A stretch of DNA of 63,830 nt, filler included, from Cercozoa sp. M6MM (Eukaryota > Protista > Endomyxa: Ascetosporea): assembly GCA_040357565.1 (NCBI GenBank). It is 9 parts of 9 records of this genome, joined end to end, with 100 filler letters (N's around TTAATTAATTAA, not from the genome) between each part and the next. Parts side by side here need not be neighbours in the genome. Positions count along the whole stretch, not along the records: positions 1 to 17,664 come from JBDODJ010000260.1; positions 17,765 to 26,495 come from JBDODJ010000516.1; 7 more parts are not named here. One strand, written 5' to 3'. Positions 12,010-25,402 of the stretch are shown piece after piece (the first letter of the stretch is position 1; each line of letters starts with the position of its first letter). Under the pieces are notes generated by a model. It did no database searches, was not told the origin of the DNA, and was given only the letters and a program-made list of their open reading frames with translations. The position numbers and the translations under genes are program-made.

Positions 12010-13200
12010 TGACAGCGCAGGCTACAGTTGTCTGCACAAAAACACACAAGTTGAGAGTAGAAAGAAAACAGCAGGCGCGCACGACAAAACTCAAGACATA
12101 CAGTCGTCGTAGCTACACAGGCACAGCATGAATCTCATACGCACAGCGTAAACGAACAGAAAAAAGGAGACGGCGTTACCCCGCGAACAAAAACTTGCCG
12201 CTCGACGAGAAGTCGACCGACGTGATACCACAGAGAATCTTGTCGTTCGAGAAGACGCCGAGCTGTCGTCGCGACGCCATGTCAAAGATGCGGCAGGTTG
12301 AGTCGTCCGAACCGGTACCGAACTTGTTTTGGTCGGGCAACCACTGTACTGAGTTGATGTCGGACTCGTGACCGGTGAACGTCGCGATAGAACCGGCACC
12401 GCCTGCTCTGAAGTCCCACACGCGCGCGGTCGAGTCGCACGAGCCGGACACAAAGACGTTCTTGTTCTCCCAGATCGAAACCGACATGACGTCGCCCTTG
12501 TGGTCCCTGTAGACACACTTGGGCATCTTGGCCTCGACGTCCCACAAGATGCACGTAGAGTCTCCCGACGATGAGATGATCTCGTTGTCGTCAATGAACC
12601 GGCAGCACGAGAGATAGCCCTCGTGGTGCTGAAGCTCACAGAAGGCGTTCTTGCGCTCAGGCGCCTCCGTGTCGGTGAGCTTGTAGACGGAGCAGATGTT
12701 GTCGAGACCACCGCAGGCAACGAACGAGCCCGACGGAGAGTAGGCGCACGTCATGACCCACGCCGAACGCAGCGGGATGGCCTGCGACTTGTTGGTCGTG
12801 AAGCCGTTCCATACAATCAGCTTGCCATCCTGCGACGCTGACACGAGATGTGTCGAGTCGAACGCGCTCCAGTGCATGGCGTAGATCTTGCCAAAGTGGC
12901 CCTTGAGGATGCGTCGCTGCTTGAGTTGCACCACTGTGGTGGGAACGGCCTGCTTGCCGGCCACGTCTTGCAGGTGGTTGACCTGTCGATAGAAACACAC
13001 GCAATGATACGCGACAACCAAACGAAGGGGGTGCTCGTACCTCGACATCGCCGCGCAGATCCTACGCAGCGGCAGCACACCACAACATAAAGAGCGGCGA
13101 CACTCAAGAGACACAGTTATGTCCAACACAGTACCTCCAACTGCTTGCGAATCTCGTCGCATTCGCTGCGAACCGCTTCGTAGCGGGCTTTTGTTGACAT
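11674..13200 (-). CDS. GNB1: Heterotrimeric G-protein beta subunit (WD40)
   Basis: [78 protein letters not shown]. Start [14 protein letters not shown] at 13200. Confidence 0.96.
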
Positions 13201-14176
13201 GGCTGCACAAAAGAAAAAATCGTATTCTTTTTACAAAAAACAGTGTAGCAGAGTGTCAAAAACAAAGCAAAAAAGGGCTGCAATTCAAAACAAAGCCGAA
13301 TGACACTCGCTATAGCCCCGTGCAGATCTATATCCTACCTACTGGGGTGCTGGCTGCTGTTCCTGCCGAGGCTGTTTGGTCAAAACAAATCGGGATTGGG
13401 GGTGGCTACAAGCGATCAATATTATTTTGTTTGCCCGTACTGCAGTACGCCTGCCGCACAAGAGCAAGTGTACCTGGTCCTGTGTGGTATTCAGTCACGG
13501 ACTTGATTCTGCCTTGTTTGACTGCGTCGACAGCGATTGGAGAGAGTTTTCCGCACCAGGTTTTAACCTTTTTCTCGGACTGTCGTACAAACGATGAAAA
13601 GATCGCGTTTTTAAGTTGTTCTGCAGTAAATTACCATCAATAGTGTTCACAGAGCGATTTTGTGAGCCAAAGCCCGTGCTTCGATGTTTGTTTTTTGTCG
13701 TTGGAGCCCTCGAGGACCTGAAATTGTCCCATCCCAAATGTGAGCGAATGTGAGTTAGCTTAAATTGGGTGGTATCGTGTTTCGAGCTCTAAAACTACGA
13801 AAAGTAATTGACGGTTCGTTCGCGATTTTTGGCGCACTGATCGCGGAGTACTATAGTTACATCCACGGCTTACAATGTATACTTGGTTTACTGTGACGGG
13901 ATTCAATACTACAATCGGAGTCGATTGAAAATTATTTTAAATCGGAACAAACCGCCATTTCTGGCGCACTGCGGCGCTTTACAGTTGTGTGGGGCATATC
14001 ACGCGGTTTACGGTTTAGTAAAATATAGCCTGGCATTGAAATCTTTAACTTTCTCCCTTGGGTTTTGTTTTTTCCCATGTTGTTTCATTTGTGTTTTGTT
14101 CTGGTCGGCAGACGCACGGCTGTGAGAGGCACACTCCGCCGCCGGTTTCGTGTGTGTGTGTGTGTGCTACTGCGTA

Positions 14177-14486
14177 ATGGCGACTGATGTGTACGGTGTC
14201 CCTACGCGCAATCAGTAATGTGGTGACACTTGGTGTTGCCGCTGCAGGGCGAGTCTCCAACGTCTGATCGCGGCGGTACAACAGACATACGTGATGCGCA
14301 CATACCCGCACTTGCACTGGCATGCGATGCATTCGATAGGCGTATGGCTCTGCGCAAGTGTCACCAGAGGACCGACAGGCAGGTATCCTCGGTTTTTTTT
14401 TTTGCGGTCGGCATGCTGGCATCATGTCTGACCTTCGCAGCCACCCAGCAGCTCCTCGACTTTCAGTGGTGTAGGTTCTTTATTGC

Positions 14487-14545
<59 letters not shown>

Positions 14546-14815
14546 TGAGGAGAGGTAGAGGTCTGCGTAGAAGCACTGACGTGTGACTGTGACTGTTACC
14601 GTAGCACCAGTGGCCGTCGCCGTGTGCCTTCAGCTGTTGCGGTACGCACGCAAGCGCAAGCGCACCAGATGTAATGAATGGGCTGACACTATGTCGCAGA
14701 GAGGCGTCAACATCACTGCAAATGAGCATTTTTGCCGCCCAGACGCTGTACATGAAGTGTGGTATTTCGCGCTGCTTCGCACGCTTCCCTCTCTGGCGGA
14801 GCCTGCTTAACGCTC

Positions 14816-14865
<50 letters not shown>

Positions 14866-17607
14866 TTCAGCCAAGAGCTGGGGACACGTGCTGCGCACCC
14901 CCGGGTCGCCCGTCGGCGTGCGCGACGCGGTGCTGCAGCTGCTCTGCTCTCCGTGCGCCGGCGACGCGCGCGTGGCGAGACAGCTCGCTCGCGTGGCGGC
15001 CATGCTCGCGCTGCGCATGTGCTCCTCCGAGGTGTCGGGTGCCGAATGGCCCGACCCAGTGCACGACCTGCTGCGCGAGGTGCTGCCACAGCATCCGGAC
15101 GCCTTCCGCGCCGTGCTATACACGCTGACTGAACTGTGCGAAGTCATGCAGACCTCTGTGGTGCGAGAGTTTTCCTCTGAAAGTCTGTCGCTCAAAGTCG
15201 CGTGCTTCCGCGGCAGGTATCGCAAATCTCCTCTCCCTCCCTCCCTCCCGCGTGACGCGTTTTCTGTGTCCGCAGGTCTTCTGACGTTCTTCGGTTCCTC
15301 GAGCAGCTGTTTGGATTGCTGCGGCAGCAGCAGCCGGCACAGGTCCTGGGTGAGACGCGCTCGCTGCTCGAGTGCCTGGCCGAGTGGCTCGACTTTGGCC
15401 TGGCGCCGCCCGCCGTGGCGTGCTCACCGCTGCTGCCGCTGATGTTCGACGCTTTCCAACACCCGCATTTGTGTGAGGCCGCCGCGCGAGCGCTCGAGCA
15501 CGCGGCGCGCCTATCGCGGCGGACGGGTGGTGGCGGCCTGGTGCAGGCGCTGCTGCCGCGGGTTGCGGCGCTTCCCGCGCTGGTCGAGCACCTGATCCGC
15601 GCGGACGAAACCGACTCGTGCGAGCGCGTCTGTGCGGCGCTGTCGGCGCTGTTGCCGCCGCTGCTGCAGTGCGTGGCGAGCGACCACGCGGATGCACAGC
15701 GCGAGGCCGTGGGTGTGTTCGCAGCACTCATGCGCCTCACGTATTTTGTGGACACTGGCGGCGCGGAGGAAACAGTCTGGCGCTCGCGCGCCGTGGTGTA
15801 CCTGTGGGTGGACGTGGCGCGCGCCATCCACCGCTGTGACAGCGCACCAGTGCGCGAGTTGGTGACACAGCGCCTGAGCGAGGTGCTCGTGGCGCTGCTG
15901 CGCCAGCTGACGTTTGCCGTGCAGTATCCGCCGCATCTCGACGAAGACGACGAGCTCGAGCTCGACGACTTTGAGCGCTTTCGCTATGCGGTCGGCGACT
16001 CGGTGCTGGACATCGTGCAGGCGCTGCAGCTGCAGCGCTGTCTCATTGTGCTGCGCGACCGACTGCTCGAAGAGGTGGCTGCCGTGTGCTCCGAAACCGG
16101 TGCTGGACGGCAGGCTTCGTGGCGTGGCCTGGAGGGCGTTCTGTTCTGCTTTAGGTGCCTGAGGCGCCTGCTGTGCTCGCAGGAGGAGCGCGACGTGTTG
16201 CCTGTCGTGCTAGAGCTGCTGCTGCAGCGCGCGAACGAGCTTTTTTCGCCGACGCGCGACCCACGACGAGAGGTGCTGCACACGACCCTGTCGCTGATGG
16301 CCGGTGTGAGCAAGTGGCTCACGACACGCGAATTGCCCAGCAGTCGCTCGCCGGGGGCCGCCGCCGCGAATTCTGTCACGCCGTTGTTGCGGCCCTGCCT
16401 GCAGCTCGCCATCGCGTGTCTGAGCGACGCCTCGCTGCCGCCGCGTGTGTGCGACATGGCCGCCACTGCTCTGCGCAATGCGCTGCACGATGGCGGCGCT
16501 TCCTGCCTGGCGCGCGACGGCGGCGACGCCCAGTTGCAGGACTCGGTGCTCGCACTCTGGCCGGCGGCTCTCGGTCGTCTCTCGCGCCACGGACGCAAGG
16601 ATTTGACGGGTGCCATTGTGGCGCTCGTCTACGCGCGCGGCGTCGCCGAGCAGCACGAGGCGCTGCAGTATCTGCTGCGACCGCACCTGGAGGTGCTGCG
16701 CGCCGTGGCCGCCGGGAGCAGGAGTCTCGAGGACCCTGAGGTGCGAGCGCGCCTGTGGACGGTGGCCGAGGTGTTCCGGCGCTACTCGATGCTGGCCGAC
16801 CACCAGACGGCGCCGCTGCGCACAGCGGCGCAGGACCGTGCCGAGCAGGAGAACAGCATTGTGCCGCTGGTGGCGCTGCTGCGTGAGCACTTCGACGTGC
16901 TGGCGCACGTGATGACGCACTCCACGGCCGATGAGGACGTCATGGAGGACGTGCACCGTATTTTTCGCTACGCCTGCTCTTGTGCGCCGCTGCAGTTCCT
17001 GCCGATCGTCGAGCCGCTGCTGCAGGCCATCGTTGCGGCCTTTCAACACGGGACCGACGGGGCTTTGGTGTGTTCCTGCTGTCCTCTCTTCCTCCCCCTC
17101 TTCCTCCCTCTTCCTCCCTCCTTCGAGTTTATGGTGACACAGTTGTACCTGCTGGCCCACATGGTGCAAGTCTACGCCGCCGTTCCGCCGGACAGCGCGC
17201 TGGTGCCGCCTGCGCTGGCGCCTATGTTTGGTCTCGCGTTCCGTACGCTTTTCGAGCAGTGTCGGCATCGACTGCCGCCACTCACGAGCACCGACGCCCT
17301 CGACGCCGTGAGCGACGTGCTCGTGCTGTGCCGCAAGATTCTGCGGCATGCGCCCGGCGTGCTTGTGGCCAACCCGGGGTGCTGGCTACATGTCGTCGAG
17401 TATGCAGCCGCGTGCTTCGCCATCGCCGACGAGCGCGTGTTTGTGGAGGCGCGCGACCTCGTGGTTCGTATGGTGGCGCTAGTTGAGCCGGGCGCAACCC
17501 AGTCGTGCGAAGGCCTCGCCGAGCTCGTGACGGCAGCGCTGCGGCAGTACGGCGCCAAGATTTGTGCCAATGTGGTCTTTGCCTGTGTGCGTGGGCTGCC
17601 GGACAGG
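14177..17607 (+). CDS. Importin-beta family karyopherin, transportin-SR/TNPO3 or importin-13-like (3'-partial)
   Basis: N-terminal EDRQAATQQLLDFQ and IFAAQTLYMK, later DFERFRYAVGDSVLDI and WRGLEGVLFCFRCL, within a long Leu-rich HEAT-like ORF at 15316-17607. Confidence 0.8.
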
Positions 17608-17616
17608 TATGTGTGT

Positions 17617-17664
<48 letters not shown>

Positions 17665-17764
17665 NNNNNNNNNNNNNNNNNNNNNNNNNNNNNNNNNNNN
17701 NNNNNNNNTTAATTAATTAANNNNNNNNNNNNNNNNNNNNNNNNNNNNNNNNNNNNNNNNNNNN
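17665..17764. other. Artificial contig linker (N44-TTAATTAATTAA-N44)
   Basis: Identical 100-nt six-frame-stop spacer, found 8 times in the window. Confidence 0.97.
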
Positions 17765-17812
<48 letters not shown>

Positions 17813-17818
17813 TGATAG

Positions 17819-18321
17819 AACAAAGTCGACCACTGGATCGCAGGCGGCGACTATAATGTCGATCTCTGCGTCCACGGCACGGTACACCACTCCCAACAGT
17901 GTTTCCCCAGTGTTTCCGCTATCCCACGCTCTCTCTGAGTCTGTCTGTTCGGGCAGAAGCTAGAGATAGTTTTCGATGCAAAATTGGCGCTGCGTCCTTC
18001 GCACGGGCCGACCACTTCGGCCAAGACCAAGCAGATCGACGGTCTCTTCTTCGGCGGCGATTTGTCGCGCCAGAAGATCGAGACACAAGTCTTTATGCCG
18101 CCGTCGGCCAAGGTGTTCGTCGAGACACGCGATGCAGATCGAGTCAAGGTGACTCGAAAGTTCAAGCCGGACAAGGAGTTCTTCAAGAACTACGTCCATC
18201 GCTGCAATATCGTCGCCGACAATTGGGCCTCTTGCGTCGAGGACGGCTATATCAACTTTTCCCAGGTTGATCGACCTTATCGCATGCCTTTCTCTGTGTG
18301 TCTGTGTCTGTGTGTGTGTGT

Positions 18322-18373
<52 letters not shown>

Positions 18374-18383
18374 NNNNNNNNNN

Positions 18384-18432
<49 letters not shown>

Positions 18433-18548
18433 GGCTTCTATCGCATTGTGTATAGTTGCGGCACATCCCCGGTATCGGCGAAAAAACGATCAACGACCTG
18501 TATGATGGGCTCAAGGAGGACAGATATATTAAGGCCGGCTCCAGTTAA
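17819..18548 (+). CDS. C-terminal part of an EEP (exonuclease-endonuclease-phosphatase) fold protein ending in a helix-hairpin-helix motif (5'-partial)
   Basis: Spliced: HWIAGGDYNVDL...GPTTSAKTKQIDGLFF...INFSQ|LRHIPGIGEKTINDL...SS*. GDxN and PT..ID are EEP motifs and IPGIG.K is the HhH motif. Confidence 0.6.
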
Positions 18549-18765
18549 GTAACTAGTGACTCCTTTTAAAACAACTCCGGGCGGTGGGTGTGGCAACGCC
18601 AGATTTGGCCACCACACCAGCATTCACGCCGTGGGCGTAAGTTAGCGTGTGCTTGCACCTGTTGCTGATACATGAAACCCTTGAATGCTTTAAGTATGGC
18701 TGACGCCAAAATTATCGTATGTCGTCTGGGTTTAGTGTAAACTACAACTGCTCAAGTCGGGATGA

Positions 18766-21420
18766 TCAGTAGCGAGCGGCGTAGAACGAGCACGGCTTGC
18801 GCGCGTCGCCCCACCTGTTCGGGGGGTAAAGGGCAAAACGGAGAAATAAGTTAACAGGCACTACCAGCCGTCTCCGTTGCGACAGGTGCCGTCGGCGTGG
18901 TTCACACTCAGCACCGCTGCCTCCGACTCTACCGGGGGAGGGGGTGAGGGTAAGGGGGTCAATGGGGGGGGGTAAACGTACGGTAGTGCTCACGCCAGCG
19001 CGAGTCAAGTCGGTCGTAGCGACGCTCTCGCCACTGCAAACCACGCCTCTGTACATCTTTACCCCCCTTTACCCCCCTTTACCCCCCCCCCTTAAGTCTA
19101 CCTCGGAGTGGTGGTCGGGCGTCCAATTCAAAAAGTCGCATCCGGCCAGTGGCACCATCTGCTCACAGAGGGGGGGGGGGTAAACAGGGGGGTAAACTGG
19201 GGGGTATAAATCTCATACGCCGTCGTTGTCGCGCCCAATGCCGGAAACCGTCGCGATCAGTTTCAGACCGGCCGCGTAGAACTAAGGGAGTTAAATACGA
19301 AGTGGCTACAATTAAGGCTGCGTTTTGTGACTGTGGTACAGTGTTGAGTCCGAAGGACGAGGTGCCGCACATGCCGCCCGACACGTTCTCCTGCAGCACC
19401 GCCGCTGCCTGTACGGGCCGGTTTACCCCTGTTTACCCCCCTGTTTACCCCCCTGTTTACCCCCCTGTTTACCCCCCTGTTTACCCCCCTGTTTACCCCC
19501 CTATTTACCCCCCCATTTACCCCCCTATTTACCCCCCTATTTACCCCCCCTATTTACCCCCCCCCCACCTGTTGTAGAGCAGGCCAGTCGGGGTGACACG
19601 TGCGATAAGCATAGTTCGGTCGGCGCAGGTGCTTGTCGCAGTAGTTCAGCATCTCTGCCACCCTGCAGGAGGGGGGTAAAGGGGGTAAAGGGGGGGGGTG
19701 GGTGGGGGGTACTACTTGCGCAAAGCCGGGTCGAGCAGACCGTCGTCGTCGCCGCAGAGCTGCTCCAAAAAGTCCACGACGTCGCTGCCGTGCACCGGAC
19801 TCTGCACGGCGTACCTGCCGACATGGGGGGGGGGGGTAAACAGGGGGGTAAACAGGGGGGTAAGCAGGGGGGTAAACAGGGGGGTAAACAGGGGGGTAAA
19901 GAGGGGGGTAAAACCACGTGGTGTTGCGACCGAGCGAGCAGCGCCGCGTAGCCAGCGCACGTGCCACGGCCAGACTGCCCATCGAGTGCGCGAACACTAT
20001 GGCGTTTCTACCGGGTACACGGGTACACACGGGGTACATAGGGGGTCAAAAAAGGTGTATCAAAGTGGTTAACAGGGGTATACAGGGGGTGAACAGGGGG
20101 GTAAACAGGGGGGTGAACAGGGGGGTGAACAGGGGGGTAAACAGGGAGGTGAACAGGGGGGTAAAAGCAAGGCTACTCCGTGACGCCGCCTCGTTTGTGT
20201 CCAGTGAGAGCTTCGCACACCGCCATCGACAGCGCCTCTGAGTCCCAGCCGTCTGCACTCGGGGGGGGGGGGTAGAGGGGTAAGGAGGGTAAGAGGTGGG
20301 GAGGGTAAGGTTTAAGGGGCAAGGTTTAAGGGGGCAAGGATTAAGGGGCAAGGATTAAGGGGGTAGGGGTAGGCAGGGGAGACAAAGTACTCTGCACAGT
20401 GTCGGTGTTGAGGAACACGTGTTGGTGGCACTGCGCGGCCGTGTGTCGGTGCACGCGGCCCCAGTACTCGGGAAACGAGCCGCGCTGCACCGGTTCCGCG
20501 CGGGTCTGTGCCACTCCAGCCCCGTGGATGAACACGCAGGTCTGGGGAGAATTAAAGGGGCGTCAAAAAGGCAAGTAAAATAGGGGGAGAAAATAGGACA
20601 GTAAAGGGACTAAAGACGGGTACAGACGGGGGGCTATAAACGGAGGGGGGTAAAGAGGGGGGGTAAAACCTTCTTGGCACGCAGCGACAGTCGGTGCGCC
20701 GTGAGCCAGTGAGGCACGGTGTCGCTGCGACTCAGCGCAGTCGCACGTGCCACGTGCTCACTGTCGATGGCACCGAGTTGATCCGCGCGCACTGTGCGTG
20801 TGTCACTGTCACCGTCAGTGCTGACACTGGAGTCACTCAGCGTGATCTCGAGGTACTGCGACACCAGTTTGTGCAGCACGAGGTCACTCGCACTCGGTGC
20901 ACCTCCAGTTTCGGCAGTCAGTTTTGTCTGCACCAGGCACAGGAGTAGCCACTCTTCTGTCGCCACGTGCAGCACCTCCACGCCGTCGCACTGCACCGCT
21001 GACTGCATTCTTACCCCCCTTCCCCTCCTCCTTCAACCCTTCAACCCTTCTTTAGCCCTTTCTCACTTAGCCCCTGCCGTAAACTTACCTCATCGAGTCG
21101 ATCATCTGCAAGCGAGCCACTCTGCCACAAACGACGCAAAACCTCGCTCGTGTCGCGTGTTAGCGTCGAACGAGACAGTGCAGACGCAATTGTGGCCACT
21201 GAAGTGTTGTACTCTTGGGACTAAAAGAGTATAACAGTCATTCCGATTTTTGGTATTTTGCCCACCGACCGACTGACTCACTAAGCTAAGCGAAACGTAT
21301 CCGTACCAGAGTTGCTAACTGCAAGAGAAACTGAAGCGCATGCGTAGCAGGTGCCACAAGATCGCGAATCCCCGAGTCGTTGTTTCCGATCGCTATCCCA
21401 CTGGTCGAGTCAGTCACTGA
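18766..21420 (-). CDS. Alpha/beta hydrolase (lipase-like) with many exons; may extend upstream to about 22400
   Basis: CVFIHGAG (oxyanion region), IVFAHSMGSL (nucleophile Ser), DNDG|MV (Asp), and VNHADGTCRNGDGWWGDARKPC (His) after splicing. Confidence 0.8.
19421..19567. repeat. Intronic 12-bp minisatellite (CCCCCCTGTTTA)n
   Basis: About 12 tandem copies; the source of the spurious PPVY-repeat ORFs. Confidence 0.95.
19826..20165. repeat. Same minisatellite in the opposite orientation, (GGGGGGTAAACA)n, as two intronic arrays (19826-19913, 20070-20165)
   Basis: Direct reading; reverse complement of the 19421-19567 unit. Confidence 0.93.
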
Positions 21421-22925
21421 GATATCGAGCTCTTTCAGGCCAGTCACTCCGAGTTGCTCTTGTGCCTGGTATTTTTAAGGTCATTTGGCACGTTTCTTAG
21501 TCGGCAGGTATACGAGAGTTTACAAATGCGGTCAACGTAGTCTGAACGCGCAGTGCGTGCGGACTGAAGATGAGCTCTCCCTCAAAGGCCAAGGAGTCCA
21601 CCTTCCAGTTTTCACTCCCCCAGTAAATTTGTGTTCAGTTTGCTAAACTTCAGTGTACAGATTGCAGTGCAATACCTGGTCAACATCCCGGTAGCTCACA
21701 GTAAACTGCACAGTTTTCTCCGCTGTCAAAGCCAAAGTCGAGACGCTGAGGAGCGACAGCCACATGTATGCGACCGGATTCACCATTTGATACTGTAGCT
21801 CGTAGATTTTCCCGCTGATACGTGCGCACAGTACTGTACGTAAGACAGTGAGAAAACGTGACTCTTCCGTCAGTCTTGCACGCGGCCCGAGCAGAGTCAG
21901 TGAGAGAAACTGCGACGGCTTTGTCCGCTCGGAGCTCGCCAATATTGTTCATGTCACTGTGGCGTGTGTTTCCGGTCTCGGCTCTCTTTAATCGGGGTGC
22001 ATCACTGTGCAGTTTAATATCGGTTGCCAGAGCACACTAAACTGAAGACGGAACAATGGCTGATTGGCCAGCTCAGTTTCTGTCATTGATTTTGGTATTC
22101 GTTTCCCACGAAAGATAAGGCAAAACCTTTCCTTGGCGAGACGGTTCCCTGGCTGCGAATCCAGTGCTCTCACTAGCTAGAGCGCCAGGAATGCGACAGA
22201 CCGTGTTTGCCGACTTCCGTGAGTGGAGAGAGCAAGCGTTAGACTTTTTGTTGAAGTGGACAGGTGCTTCAGTCCTGTGATTTAAAGTGACTTGAGCTGG
22301 AGTTTGCGTAGATAAGCGCTTGAAGCTCAAGATTCCCACGAACAAGGAAGTGCCCTGCGAACTTTGCGAGTTGATCGTTGACTTCAGTGCTCCTGCGCAT
22401 CTCTCGTTGATTTAAATTTAAATCGAAAACTGAACCGAGCCGAAAGTGAAGAATCGATGACAGCGAAAGATCGAGACGACTCATGCTTTCCCTTAGAGCG
22501 AAGGTGGAAAGACAGAGTGGACTTGGGCTCGTTTGGCTACATGAACCTCCTGCAGCCCATCGACCTTCCACCAGGTAAATTAAGTTTGGTGATTCTCTCA
22601 GCCAACATGCGAATTTGTGACAATCCCGACACTACCAGCACAAACAACTTCGACCGTCACCTTGATCCAGAGGACGCGCATGTGGCCAGCACTCGCGATT
22701 CGCAGACTGCTGGCTCGCTTTCGGTCTGCGAGCACGCAGACGGAGCAGGAGATCGAGGAACGGACCGTGCTGACAGGGCTGCCTGATTACCTTGTTCAAA
22801 ATCATCCCCACGGTCGGTGGTTCTAGCGTAGAACTGCAAGCTGACTGAGTCGAGACAGTCTGCAACAGTGTCGTGTTACAGTTACAGTTCGGTTAGTTTA
22901 AGCCTGAGACAGGGAAGGTTTTTGA

Positions 22926-25351
22926 CTAAGCCGCCCCGATCTCAATCTCGACGTTGCTGACGGTACTGTCGGTCTTCCGTCGGTCTCCCGCGGCAATGTC
23001 GGACGAAGTGGACGCCGTGCTGCGAGTGCTACCGGCGACTTTCGAGGCGCCTGTCGTCTCTGTCGTCGAGCGAGTCTTACCCTAGACAACAGAACACGTT
23101 TCACAGTTTGTACATACGAGTCTGCAGTGTCATACCGAATGTCGCGAGCCAAGATCGCCCGTCAGCGACTGCGTCATTTGTTCGTGCCGGCCTGCAACGC
23201 CACTTATTCAGTGCACACACACACACGCACACACGCACACACACCTGTATTATAGAGAGGAAGCAGTATGACATACCAGTCATGACAATGAGAATACGCG
23301 GAACGAACAGCACTCCTGTCGGAAAGAGAAAGAACACCCTCATTGGACACACACACACACGCACACGCACACGCACACGCACAAACACACACAATCTGTA
23401 CCCAGCATAGACATGAAGACGAGCCACAGCTGCATGACTTCAAGGACGTATCTACATGCATATATATATGCATGCGTTATGGAACGCACTCACACAGGTA
23501 TATATATATATATATATATAGGAGGTAAACTTGCATACCGAGGCAGTGTCTCAGTGTCGCTGATAAGGTACAGCGTCGTGGTGCACACCACCGTGAAACC
23601 CGACTGTAGCAGTGTTTTAGTATCCAATAGTTTGATGTGTGTTTATCATACATGCTGCACACACAGACAGACACACAAGGGAGAAAGGGTACCGTGAAGT
23701 AAATGGCGGTGCGAACGTCCTGACTGTCGTTTAGGGCGGGACTACACAGGCACGCACATACACACACACGCACACACGCACACACATACACACACACACA
23801 CGTACAACGAAGGTATGAATGCACTCACATCTCGATCGACTTGAGCGTGATGGACAGGTAGATGCCTGCAAGTTCCATTGTCTCACAAAACCCGTGTGCA
23901 TTGAATTGACTGGGAGGGGCGGTACCAACAATCAGCATGACCGCCTGCAGACCGTCCAGCACGCCCTTCATCGCGTCCAACTGCCGTCATTCGTCACACA
24001 CACACCCAAGTAAAGTGAATCTCAAAACTACTACCGACACTCTCCGAGGAGTGTCTTACATGAGGAGCATCGCACTTCTCCGTCAACGTAGTCAAGAGAA
24101 CGTCCGAATTCTCCAGGAACTCCTCTGTTCAGTGTACCCCAGGTATCAACCTTGGATGGATGGACAGAGATATAACTCGTGCTTTTACCGTTAATGGTCG
24201 TGTACTTGGGCTCGTACCATCCCGAGCCCTGGAAGGCTGTCAACACGATGGCAAACACGACGACGATGCCGGCAACGATACGCATTAGGTATCCGTCCGA
24301 GATGCTGACCTGCAAACGAGTGTGTGTGTGTGTGTGTGCGCACTCACCGCTCAGTCATCACCACTGACTGTACTCTCGGAGAAACACTCAAAGCGTTTAC
24401 CTGTTGGAGATCGGCATTGAAGATGCGCGACACACGCCAGATCTTGGCCAGCAGGGCTCCGTAGGCCAACTGTCTCGAGTCAAAGTCACAGTCACACAGT
24501 AATGGACTGGACTGCATGTACAACGACAGACAGGCGTATACCGCAAAGGAGAGACGCGGCATCCAGTCACGCGCGGCACACACGCTCTTGAATGAGTCCA
24601 CGTCGTTCTAGGAGTCAACAACACAGCAGTCTCTAGCATCAAAGTCAACTGCGATCATGAGTGTCTGAACTTACATCCAGACGTGCCGAGTCCAGGTGGT
24701 AGATGAACATTGCCACGAACCCCATCATGCTGAATACACACACATGCACGGGCACTTGTTTTACACAGACAAAAGAAGTGTACATTCCAACGAGCTGCAC
24801 GCACTGCATGTTGGGCGAACCCATACTGCACAAACACGCACACACCCTCTAATTTGCCTTTCGTTCAGACCCATTGCGAAACCTGGTCCTACCGAATGTA
24901 GCGCAGTGCGCGGTGCTTGTTGATGAAGTAGAAGGCCCACAGCGTCAGTGCCAGCCCAATGGCGGCAAAGATGAAGCACACCACCACGAGGCCTGTGCAA
25001 GTATGCATGTATGAAAGTACACCATCTATACTATACCCACACACACACCCACACACACACCCCCCCACCCGCCACGGCCCTGATCGTGGACTCCAGGACC
25101 GGACCGTCGGTAGGCACAGTACGACCCTCCCACGGCGTCTCTCCCGTTGGCGTGTAGCTGCCATTTTCGCCCACTACAGATGGAATACCAGGAACCGTTT
25201 GGTAGACGGTAACTGCTCACGTTCTTTACCAAGAGCGATCGGCATCGTTGTGCCCAGCGGATAGGCAATCTCCCTCCTGCTCACAAGATATTTATATGAC
25301 TGTCCTGTAGACAAATTTATACAATACATATATATATGTTTAATACATATC

Positions 25352-25402
<51 letters not shown>

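Noticed and set aside
9519-17349. Long antisense/overlapping ORFs (e.g. 9519-10490, 16210-17349)
   Set aside because: These are shadows of GC-rich codon usage in real genes, with no independent motifs.
19149-20351. PPVY/GVNR/TPLF repeat proteins (extensin-like) and VCVC/HTHT ORFs
   Set aside because: They are translations of intronic minisatellites and microsatellites.
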